Positions 39,728 to 48,350 of a stretch of 64,000 bases of DNA are shown one piece after another. The stretch's first letter is position 1; each line of letters begins with the position of its first letter. The notes under the pieces were generated by a model that was given only the letters and a program-made list of their open reading frames with translations, was not told where the DNA came from and made no database searches. The stretch comes from Candidatus Alcyoniella australis. GTDB taxonomy: Bacteria; Lernaellota; Lernaellaia; JAVCCG01; Alcyoniellaceae. Position numbers and translations under genes: made by a program. The stretch is from contig JAVCCG010000133.1 in assembly GCA_030765605.1 (NCBI GenBank), positions 12,086 through 76,085 on the forward strand, written 5' to 3'.

Positions 39728-40817
39728 ACGACAAAAAAAAGCCAAACCCGACTATGCGATTCCTCCTGGAGAAACGCTGTCTGAAACGCTCCATGCCTTG
39801 GGTATGACCCAGAAGGAATTTGCGATCAGAACGGGGCTTTCGGAAAAACATATAGTGTCCATTCTTCAAGGCAACGCTCCGATAACGCCTGAAACTGCAT
39901 TGAAATTTGAAACGGTTCTGGGAGTTCACGCTAGCTTTTGGAACAACCTTGAGAGAAATTACAGAGACACCCTAGCCCGATTGGAGAAAGAGAAACGACT
40001 TCAGCAGGATATCGCATGGCTCGACAATATTCCTGTTGCCACAATTGTTAAGCATGGATGGATTAAAAAAAACAAAGAAAAATCTATGAAACTTCAAGAG
40101 GTTCTCTCATTTTATGGCGTCTCGTCGCCAAAGGAATGGGATAAGCTTTGGGCAAATGTCCGTTTCGCCGCGAGGCAAAGTAAGGCTTTTGAAACTGACC
40201 CCGGTGCAGTATCCGCATGGATGCGGATTGGTGAGCTTCGTGCGCAAGATATTGCCTGTCAACCATATAACCATGACCGGTTCCGTGAGGTTTTAGGGGA
40301 AGTCCGAGATTTAACTGTAAGAAGTGCAAGAGACTTTCAGCCGAGAATAATCCAATGGTGCGCAGAGGCCGGCGTAGCTGTCGTTTTTGTAAAAGAGCTC
40401 CCGAGAATACGCCTAAATGGTATTACTCGCTGGCTAAACCCCAACAAGGCGTTAATCCAGCTCTGCCTACGTCACAAAAGCAACGCCCAGTTATGGTTTA
40501 CTTTCTTCCACGAGGCCGGGCATATCCTTAAGCATGGGAAAAGAGACCTTTTTTTGGAGAACGATGAATACCAAGATAGTCAAAAAGAAAAGGAGGCAGA
40601 TAAATTTGCCTCCGATTTTTTAATTCCACCTCGTGAATGGGACTCTTTTTTATCCGAACACATCGATTGCTCTTACTCTAGGGATGATATTAAAACGTTC
40701 GCAGCAAGGGTCGGCATTGCACCGGGGATCGTTGTCGGTAGGCTTCAGCACGAGAGGCTTATTCGTTATTCTCATTGCAATGACTTGAAGGTTAAGCTGG
40801 TCTGGAGTTCCAACTAA
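39717..40817 (+). CDS. higA: HigA-like antitoxin: XRE-family HTH fused to ImmA/IrrE (COG2856) HExxH metallopeptidase domain
   Basis: N-terminal 'LGMTQKEFAIRTGLSEKHIVSILQG' HTH_XRE; C-terminal 'WFTFFHEAGHILKH' HExxH of DUF955/COG2856; 11-nt overlap with higB. Confidence 0.7.
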   Translation: MATERQKKAKPDYAIPPGETLSETLHALGMTQKEFAIRTGLSEKHIVSILQGNAPITPETALKFETVLGVHASFWNNLERNYRDTLARLEKEKRLQQDIAWLDNIPVATIVKHGWIKKNKEKSMKLQEVLSFYGVSSPKEWDKLWANVRFAARQSKAFETDPGAVSAWMRIGELRAQDIACQPYNHDRFREVLGEVRDLTVRSARDFQPRIIQWCAEAGVAVVFVKELPRIRLNGITRWLNPNKALIQLCLRHKSNAQLWFTFFHEAGHILKHGKRDLFLENDEYQDSQKEKEADKFASDFLIPPREWDSFLSEHIDCSYSRDDIKTFAARVGIAPGIVVGRLQHERLIRYSHCNDLKVKLVWSSN

Positions 40818-40820
40818 TAA

Positions 40821-41795
40821 TCAAGGCCCTTCCGAGCTTCCGCGGGTTTTATCGGGTTCGGCGGGTTGGGGCAGGCCGGGTTCATAGAGGGTGATGGTCA
40901 GGCCGTCGCGGTCGCGGGCGCCGATCACGTATTTGCGCAGGCGAGGCCAGATTTGGTCCATGGTCTGGTAATAAAGTCGGGTGTAGGCGTTGCGGCGGTC
41001 GGTTCCGACCTCAGCGGCGAGCAGTTTGAAGCGTTCGGCCTCGCCCGTGGCGCGGTTGACGCGTTCTTGCTGGTAGGTCTCGCCCTCGCTACGGGCGCGG
41101 TTGGCCTCGGCGCGGGCCCGGGGCATGGCCTGGTTGGCGTAGCCGTCGGCCTCGTTGATCAGGCGACTGCGGTCCTCGCGGGCGCTGGAGACCTCGTTGA
41201 ACGAGGCGGCCACCCCGCGCGGGTTGATGATCTGATCGACCTGCATCGAGCTGATGCTCAGGCCGCTGGAATAGGCGTCCATGTCGGCCTGGATGTCGCG
41301 CATCACCTCGGCGGCGATGATCGACTTATCGGTGGTCAGGGCGTCGTCTACGGCCATGGCGGCCAGTCGGCGCGTGACCGCGGCCTCGCCGCTGATGCGC
41401 ACCAGCTCGTGGGGATCAAAGGTGTTGAGCAGGAACGCAGCCGGGTCGTTGATCGTGTAGCGCACCACGAGCATCACCACGATCCAGTTGCGGTCGCCGG
41501 TGAGGAACTGGCGTTGGAATACGCCCGCGATGTCCGAGACTTGTTCCTGGCCGACCTCGAAGCCGATGCCGCGCTGTTTGAGGTCGGTGACGTTGGGCCG
41601 GTCCACGCGCTCAACGGGCCAGGGCAGGTGGTAGTGGATGCCCGGCGGCACGCGGTTTTCGGTCACCGCGCCGAAGCGCCGCACCACGCCCTGCTGGTTG
41701 TAATCCACGATGTACAGGCCCGAGGCCAGGTAGATCAGCAGCAGCGCGGCCGCGCATAGCAGCGAGAGCAGGCGTAGCCGGCGGCTTTGGGCCAC
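40821..41795 (-). CDS. SPFH/band-7 domain protein (HflK/HflC-like paralogue)
   Basis: N-terminal TM, SPFH domain, C-terminal coiled coil. Confidence 0.7.
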   Translation of the reverse strand: MAQSRRLRLLSLLCAAALLLIYLASGLYIVDYNQQGVVRRFGAVTENRVPPGIHYHLPWPVERVDRPNVTDLKQRGIGFEVGQEQVSDIAGVFQRQFLTGDRNWIVVMLVVRYTINDPAAFLLNTFDPHELVRISGEAAVTRRLAAMAVDDALTTDKSIIAAEVMRDIQADMDAYSSGLSISSMQVDQIINPRGVAASFNEVSSAREDRSRLINEADGYANQAMPRARAEANRARSEGETYQQERVNRATGEAERFKLLAAEVGTDRRNAYTRLYYQTMDQIWPRLRKYVIGARDRDGLTITLYEPGLPQPAEPDKTRGSSEGP

Positions 41796-41796
41796 G

Positions 41797-42741
41797 TTAG
41801 TCGACCTTTCCCGAGACCAGTAGCTTGAGCACCTCGGCGTCGGAATCGAGCACTATCACGGTCTGTTCGTCGAGGAACTTGCGGTAGCTCTCCAGGGTGC
41901 GCGTCAGCTTGTACAGTTCGGGGTCCGAGCTGTAGGCCTCGGCGTAAATCCGGGCCGCAACCGCGTCGCCCTCGCCCTTGGTCTGCTCGGCGTCGCGATA
42001 GGCCTCGGTGAGAATCCGGCTGACCTCTTTGTCGGTCTCGGCCTTGATCTTCTCGGCCTCCTCTTCGCCCTCGGCGCGGTACTTTTTGGCAATGCGCTGG
42101 CGCTCGGAGCGCATCCGGCGGTAGACCGAGGCGCGCGTGCCCTCGGGGAAGCCGAAGCGCCGCAGGCCGACGTCGACGACCTCCACCCCCAGCTCCTCGC
42201 GGGCCGCGGATCGGCAGCGCTCGGTTGCGACCTGCATGATCTGCTCGATCTGCACGCCGTCGGGCTCAACCGAGAGCAGGACGGAGAGCTCTGACTTGCC
42301 CAGCACGTCGCTGACCTCGCTGAGCAGCATCGAGCTTAAGCGCACCTCGGCCGTGCGCCGGTCCTTGACCGTGCGGATGAACAGTCGCGGATCGGCGATG
42401 CGCCAGCAGGCGTAGGCCTCGTAGACCAGCGGTTTTTTATCTTGGGTCAGCACCTCGGCCGGCCGCGCGTCGAGCACCATCAGCCGCGCGTCAAAGCGGT
42501 GCACCGACTGGATCGGGTCGGGCCACTTGAAGTACAGCCCGGGCTTGTCCAGCACGCGCACCGGGTCGCCCAGGAACGTCAGCAGCCCCAGCTCGGACTG
42601 GTCGATGGTGAACAGCATGTTGTTCAACAGCAGGAAGCAGATGATCAGCAGGCCGACCACGATCAGCCAGGTCCGGGCAGCCCCCGCGGTCGCCGCTGCC
42701 GGGCCGGGGTCGGGCCCGCTGTTTGTCGCATCGTGGCTCAT
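41797..42741 (-). CDS. SPFH/band-7 protein, HflC-like
   Basis: TM + SPFH + charged coiled-coil (RAEGEEEAEKIKAETDKE...) typical of HflC. Confidence 0.7.
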   Translation of the reverse strand: MSHDATNSGPDPGPAAATAGAARTWLIVVGLLIICFLLLNNMLFTIDQSELGLLTFLGDPVRVLDKPGLYFKWPDPIQSVHRFDARLMVLDARPAEVLTQDKKPLVYEAYACWRIADPRLFIRTVKDRRTAEVRLSSMLLSEVSDVLGKSELSVLLSVEPDGVQIEQIMQVATERCRSAAREELGVEVVDVGLRRFGFPEGTRASVYRRMRSERQRIAKKYRAEGEEEAEKIKAETDKEVSRILTEAYRDAEQTKGEGDAVAARIYAEAYSSDPELYKLTRTLESYRKFLDEQTVIVLDSDAEVLKLLVSGKVD

Positions 42742-44453
42742 CGTGTCCTCCTCTGGCCATCGGGCTCGGTCATGCGCAAATCGATTGCACCGGGGCTTAG
42801 GTGCGAGGGCACGATCACCTTGCGCCGCCCGGCCAGTGCCGCCTCAAGGGTCTCGAGGGTCAGTCGGTATTCGTGCAGCCGCCGCTGTCCGCGGATCGCC
42901 GCGGCAAGTTGGGTGAAGCGCGAGGCCTCGCCCCCAGCGCGCATGGTCGTGCTGGCGCGGTAGCCCTCGGAGTCGAACAGGATGCGCACCGCATCGCCGC
43001 GGGCGCGGGCGATTTTCTCGTTGTTGTAGCCCTGGGCGTCGTTGATCGCTTTCTCTTTGTCCTCGAGGGCCGAGTAGACTTCGCGGAAGTCCTCGACCAC
43101 CTGCACCGGCGGATGCACGTCCTGCAAATAGACCGCGAGGATCGACAGGCCGGTGCCCATGGCCGTCAGACGGCATTGGGCGCGCGCGGCCACGGCCTGC
43201 TCCACGTCGCGGCGTTCCCAGATCAGCGCCTGCTCGAAGTTGAGTCCGGCGACCTCGCCGTGCAGCGCCGACTCCACTGCCGCGGTCACCATCCGCTCGA
43301 TGTCGGCCACTCCCAGCAGCGCCGCCGCCGGGTCGGAGAGGCTGTACTGCACCACGAGGTTGACGTCGAGCATGTTCTCGTCGCCGGTGAGCACCAGCGC
43401 CTCGTCGATCTTCTTTTGGTAGACCCCTGCGGTGTGCAGGCTATCCCACTCGTAGTTCGAGCGCAGGCGTACCGTGCTTACCGGACCCTGGGGCAGGCTG
43501 CGGAAGCCGACCTCGAGTTGGCGTACCCGTTGCGGCTCCACGGTGATCACGCGCTCAATGGGCGCCGGGGCCAGCCAGTGCAGTCCGGGCTGTAGCGGCT
43601 GGCCTTGCAGGCCGCCCCAGCGCAGCCGCAGGCCGACCTGGTCCGGGCCGACCATGGTCAGTCCGCTGAGCACCCACAGCACGAGCACCAGTAGCGCCGT
43701 GCAGGCCAGCAGCCCGCGCCGACGGACGGCCACCCGTTCCCAGAGGCGTTCGCCGACCAGCTTGCGGCCGACCAGCCCCAGGAAGCCGTAACGCCGATGC
43801 TGCTCAGCCCCGTGTTTGGAGCGGGTCAGCAGGCCCAGCAGCGCACCGATTCCCACGTCAAGGCCGATGCCCGCGACCAACACCACGATCAGCGCGGCCA
43901 CCGGCCGATCGAGCCGCAGTCCGATCACCTGGCCCATCAGCGCTAAAATCACGGCCAGCGAGGTCATTACGTCCATGCTGGTATGGCGGCTGTCCGCGGT
44001 CAGCGAGGGCGAGCCGGTCTCGCGTCCGGCGCGCGCCTGATAGCGCGCCAAGCCCCAGTTGATCAGCGCGAAGCAAAAGGTGGCCACAATCGCTGCGGGC
44101 AGCCATTCGCCGCGCACTTGCAGCGAGGGGCGGCCGATCATCAGGCCGATGCGCAGGGCCGCGCCGAGAATCATCAGCGAGATCAGCAGCGCCACCAGGT
44201 TTTCGATCAGCACCGCTTGGCTTGGACGACGCTCGCCCAGCCGTACGCCGACCAGCACCATTGCCGAGACCACCATGTCCGAGAGGCTGTGCAGCGCGTC
44301 GGCGACCATCGCCATGCTGCCCACCAGCAGGCCAAAAAGCGCCTCGCCAAGCACCAGCAGCAAGTTCACCGCGATGCTCACCTTGGCCACGCGGGCGCGG
44401 CGCGGCGCATCCGTAGTCTGTGGCTGCTGTTGCGTCGGGTGGCTCGTTGACAT
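42738..44453 (-). CDS. Fusion protein: cation-diffusion-facilitator (CDF) transmembrane domain + HflK-like SPFH domain
   Basis: N-terminal 6-TM region with CDF TM2 motif 'GSMAMVADALHSLSD' and TM5 'RHTSMD'; then extra TM and SPFH domain ('VGPDQVGLRLRWGG...'); 571 aa. Confidence 0.65.
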   Translation of the reverse strand: MSTSHPTQQQPQTTDAPRRARVAKVSIAVNLLLVLGEALFGLLVGSMAMVADALHSLSDMVVSAMVLVGVRLGERRPSQAVLIENLVALLISLMILGAALRIGLMIGRPSLQVRGEWLPAAIVATFCFALINWGLARYQARAGRETGSPSLTADSRHTSMDVMTSLAVILALMGQVIGLRLDRPVAALIVVLVAGIGLDVGIGALLGLLTRSKHGAEQHRRYGFLGLVGRKLVGERLWERVAVRRRGLLACTALLVLVLWVLSGLTMVGPDQVGLRLRWGGLQGQPLQPGLHWLAPAPIERVITVEPQRVRQLEVGFRSLPQGPVSTVRLRSNYEWDSLHTAGVYQKKIDEALVLTGDENMLDVNLVVQYSLSDPAAALLGVADIERMVTAAVESALHGEVAGLNFEQALIWERRDVEQAVAARAQCRLTAMGTGLSILAVYLQDVHPPVQVVEDFREVYSALEDKEKAINDAQGYNNEKIARARGDAVRILFDSEGYRASTTMRAGGEASRFTQLAAAIRGQRRLHEYRLTLETLEAALAGRRKVIVPSHLSPGAIDLRMTEPDGQRRTR

Positions 44454-44523
44454 TCAGGACCGCATCCTATTATGAAAAACGTGCTACCTGTTGTACACGC
44501 TGCCGATCATGCTGTCCAGACGG

Positions 44524-45570
44524 CTATTTAACGCTGATGGCTCCAGGTTCGCCGTCAATGATTTTGCCGACAACCCAGCCGGGGAACGGCCCTTGCGCGA
44601 GCCCTTCGAGCATCTTTTCGGCGTTGCCCGGCGGCAGTGCGGCCAGCAGTCCGCCCGAGGTCTGGGCGTCGGCCGCCAGCATCAGCAGGTCCGGGTCGGC
44701 TCCGGGCAGACGGATCAGGCCGGGTTCGACGTACTTAAGGTTGGCGTGGGTGCCGCCGGGGATCAGCCCCTCGCGGATGAGCTCGAGCACGCCGGGCATT
44801 TGCGGCAGGGACGCGAGATCGATTTGCGCGGCCACGCCCGAGGCGTTGCACATCTCCCACAGGTGGCCCAGCAGGCCGAAGCCCGTGACGTCGGTCAGCG
44901 AGTGCACGTCCGCGGCGATCGCCGCGCGCATCCCTTGCTCGTTGAGCAGGCAGGCGGATTGCACCAGCGCGTCGATCTGTTGCGGCTGCGCGGACTCGGC
45001 CTTGATTGCCGTGGCGATCAACCCGGTTCCCAGGGGTTTAGTTAATACCAGCACGTCGCCGGGACGCGCCGTGGCGTTGGTCAGCACGCGATCGGGGTGC
45101 ACCAGGCCGACCACGGCCAGGCCGTACTTGGGTTCGGGATCGTCCACGGTGTGGCCGCCGAGCACCATGCAGTGCGCCTCGGCTGCGGCGTCGTACCCGC
45201 CGCGTAAAATCGCCGCGACCAGCTCGTCGGGCAGCTTGCCTTGGGGAATCGACAGCAGGTTCAGCGCGGCGAACGGTTCGCCGCCCATGGCGTAGACGTC
45301 GGAGAGCGCGTTGACCGCGGCAATGCGGCCGAACAGGTAGGGGTCATCGACGATCGGCGTGAAGAAGTCGGTGGTCAGCACCAGGGCGCGCTCGTCATCG
45401 AGGCGCACCACCGCGGCGTCGTCAGGCACGGCCGTGCCGACGATGATCCGCGCGTCCTGCGGTACGGGCAGGTGCTTCAGTATCTTTTGCAGCGCTCCCG
45501 GCGCCAGCTTACAGGCTCAGCCTGCGCCGTGAGAAAGCTGCGTGAGCTTGATCCGCTCCATCCGCTCCAT
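44524..45570 (-). CDS. selD: Selenide, water dikinase (selenophosphate synthetase) SelD, selenocysteine-containing (in-frame TGA near 45517-45519)
   Basis: ORF-track ORF (44524..45429) lacks the SelD N-terminus; upstream in frame reads MERMERIKLTQLSHGAG-U(TGA)-ACKLAPGALQKILKHLPVPQDARIIVGTAV-PDDAAVV..., matching E. coli '[26 protein letters not shown]' with Sec at the Cys17 position. Confidence 0.75.
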
Positions 45571-45592
45571 CCGCTCCGATTGGTTGTTGCGT

Positions 45593-47707
45593 CTATGCGA
45601 CGGGGATGATCCTGGCGTCTACCGCCAGCACCCCCTTGCCCTTGGGATACACCCGCAACGGGTTGATGTCCATCTCGCTGATCCAGGGCTGCTCCGCGGC
45701 CAGTATCGAGAGCTTGACCAGCGTCTGCTCCAGGGCGGCCAGGTCGGACGGGCCGCGGCCGCGCGTGCCGTGGAGGATCTTGGAGCCGCGCAGTTGCTCG
45801 ACCATACTGCGCGCCTCGGCGCGGTCGAAAGGCGCCACGCGCAGCACCGTGTCGCCGAGCACCTCGGTGTAAATCCCGCCCCAGCCGAGCATCACGATCG
45901 GACCGAAGTCGTTATCCTGCTTGAATCCCAGGATCAGCTCCAGGCCCTGGTCCGCGTATTTTTGCACCAGCGCGCCGCGGATTTGGGCTCGGGGGTAGGC
46001 CGTGTTGATCGCAGCCATCATTTTGTCCCAGCCCTCGCGCACCTCGGCCACGGTGCGCAGGTCGAGCAGCACGCCGCCGCAATCGCTCTTGTGGGTCACG
46101 TCCGGGCTCTCGACCTTAAGCGCCACGGGCAGGCCGATCTCGCGCGCGGCCTTGACCGCGCCTCCCACGGACGTGGCCAGCTTGCCGCGGATCGCCGGGA
46201 TGGCGTAGGCCTCGAGCACCTCCAACGCCTGGCGGTTCAGCGATGCCTGGCCGCGCGTGGACTCGCGGATCGCGTCCACGCGCTCAAGGTCGCGCCCCTT
46301 GATCTTGGGCACGCGGTACGCGCCGCAGCGCTGCTGCAGATTGACGTGGTTGTCGCGGCTGATCGCCAGGGCGCGCACCGCCTCCTCGGGCGTGGTGAAG
46401 ATCGGGAAGTCGAACATCTCCTTGAGCCGCCGCGCCTCGGAGTGCCAGGAGATCAGTCCCATGGCCACCGGCTTGTTGTGCTTGCGGTTGAGCTCGGCCA
46501 GGAAGCTGATCATCTCCTCGGGGATGCGCGGGTCGTAGCGGCTGATGTAAGTGAACAGGAAGCAGATCGCGTCGAACTGCGGACGCGAGACCACGTCGGC
46601 CAGGATGTGCTTGTAGGCATCCAGGTCGTACAGGTCGCCCAGGTCCATCGGGTTGTCCAGCTTGATTACCTTAGCGCGCAGCTTCTCCTCGGCGTTGGCG
46701 ATCACTTCGCGCGGGAACGGCGGCAGCTCGAAGCCGAACTTTTCGCAGTGGTCTGCGGCTATAATCGCGTGGCCGCCCGAGCGGCTGATGATCGCCAGCC
46801 GGTTGCCCTTCATTGCCGGCAGCGAGAGCGCCTTGGCCGCGTCGATCATCTGGTTGATCTCGTCGCAGCGCAGGGCGCCGGCCTGCTTGATCGCCGCGTC
46901 GACCACCGCGTCGTCGCTGACCATCGCGCTGGTGTGGCTGGCCGCGATCTTCTGCGCGGCCCGGCCGATGTTCGACTTGTGCACGATGATCGGCTTGCGG
47001 GCCTTGCGCATTTCGAGGAAGAACTCGCGGCCGCGGCTGAAGCCCTCGAGGTAGACGCAGATCGTATGCGTCTGCTCGTCGCGCAGCAGCACCGGCAGCA
47101 GGTCGACCTCGTCGACGTCGAGCTTGTTGCCCAGCGAGGCGAACTTGGCCATGCCCACGTGCTCTTTGAGAAACTCCTGGATGTAGGAAATGCCCACGCC
47201 GCCGGACTGCGAGAGCACCGAGACGTGCCCTTTGAACATCTGCGGCATGGTCGGGAAGGGCACGCACAGGCCGTTGTCCATGTTGATCACGCCGATGCCG
47301 TTGGGCCCGACAAAGCGCATGCCGTAGTCCTGCGCGATCTGGGCCGCGCGATCGGCGAGCAGCGCGCCCTTGCGGCCGTACTCGGAGAATCCCGCCGACT
47401 GCACGTAGGCGAACTTGACGCCGTGGCGGCCGCACTGTTCGAGGATGTCGGGTAGCGTATGCGCCGGGGTGAGGATCGCGGCCGCGTCCAGCGGTGCCGG
47501 AACGTCGGACACGTTGCGGTAGATCTTCATTCCGAACACCACGCCGCCCGAGCGCCCGACCGGATAGATCTCGCCGGTGAAGCCCATGGTCAGCAGGTTT
47601 TCGACGATGCCGCGGGCCAGGTTGGTCTTGCGCGGACTGACGCCGATCACTGCCAGGCGTTGGGGATTGAAAAGGTTGTCCAGGGGCTCGGCTGCGCGTG
47701 CAGTCAT
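45593..47707 (-). CDS. Acyl-CoA synthetase (NDP-forming), fused alpha/beta subunits (acetate--CoA ligase [ADP-forming] family)
   Basis: 704 aa; N-terminal CoA-binding Rossmann (NPQRLAVIGVS), succinyl-CoA-synthetase-like His loop, C-terminal ATP-grasp. Confidence 0.75.
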   Translation of the reverse strand: MTARAAEPLDNLFNPQRLAVIGVSPRKTNLARGIVENLLTMGFTGEIYPVGRSGGVVFGMKIYRNVSDVPAPLDAAAILTPAHTLPDILEQCGRHGVKFAYVQSAGFSEYGRKGALLADRAAQIAQDYGMRFVGPNGIGVINMDNGLCVPFPTMPQMFKGHVSVLSQSGGVGISYIQEFLKEHVGMAKFASLGNKLDVDEVDLLPVLLRDEQTHTICVYLEGFSRGREFFLEMRKARKPIIVHKSNIGRAAQKIAASHTSAMVSDDAVVDAAIKQAGALRCDEINQMIDAAKALSLPAMKGNRLAIISRSGGHAIIAADHCEKFGFELPPFPREVIANAEEKLRAKVIKLDNPMDLGDLYDLDAYKHILADVVSRPQFDAICFLFTYISRYDPRIPEEMISFLAELNRKHNKPVAMGLISWHSEARRLKEMFDFPIFTTPEEAVRALAISRDNHVNLQQRCGAYRVPKIKGRDLERVDAIRESTRGQASLNRQALEVLEAYAIPAIRGKLATSVGGAVKAAREIGLPVALKVESPDVTHKSDCGGVLLDLRTVAEVREGWDKMMAAINTAYPRAQIRGALVQKYADQGLELILGFKQDNDFGPIVMLGWGGIYTEVLGDTVLRVAPFDRAEARSMVEQLRGSKILHGTRGRGPSDLAALEQTLVKLSILAAEQPWISEMDINPLRVYPKGKGVLAVDARIIPVA

Positions 47708-47740
47708 AGTCCGACACCTCCCTTGTGCCTTGGGGAACGG

Positions 47741-48316
47741 CTATTTCTTTGTCTTTTTGGCTTGCTTGCTCTGCTGCGCCGACTGATCGTCGAGAAAGCG
47801 CTCCAGTCCGCGGTTGATCTTCTTTAGGTTGGGCTCGATCATTTTCAGCACGAATTTCTCGGTCTGCCCAATCAGCCGGTTGGCAACCAGTTTGGGCATG
47901 AAGCGCACCGAGCTGAAGTCCAGTAGGAGTTCGCCGTTGACGGTGATCACCGTCTGCTCGCCGTCGGGTTCCATCACGTTGCAGCCGCTGGCCTCGACGT
48001 ATTGCTTGAGCAGCGGGAATTCCATCCGCCAGTAGACCGCGTTCTCGGACGCGACCCAGCGGGCGTGGTCGAGCCAGGTCAGGCGGCTGACGTCGTAGCG
48101 CTTGGCCAACGGCCGTAGGAACGAGGGGATCTTGCTGCCGCTGGTCCACTCGTTGAGCAACTTGATTTGGTCGGGATCGGTCTCGTCGCGCTCGAGCAGC
48201 GTGATTGTTTCGATGTCGTCCATGTACTCGGAGAACTCGTCCAGCCGGTCACGGTAGGTCTGGTAGACCGTATCCCGCGGGTGGCGGATGCGATCGCTGA
48301 ACTCGAACTTCATCAT
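47741..48316 (-). CDS. Hypothetical protein (191 aa)
   Basis: Consistent coding statistics; lysine-rich C-terminus; no motif. Confidence 0.45.
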   Translation of the reverse strand: MMKFEFSDRIRHPRDTVYQTYRDRLDEFSEYMDDIETITLLERDETDPDQIKLLNEWTSGSKIPSFLRPLAKRYDVSRLTWLDHARWVASENAVYWRMEFPLLKQYVEASGCNVMEPDGEQTVITVNGELLLDFSSVRFMPKLVANRLIGQTEKFVLKMIEPNLKKINRGLERFLDDQSAQQSKQAKKTKK

Positions 48317-48350
48317 TACTCCCTGCGGTAATTATTGGGTCGGCCGCCGA

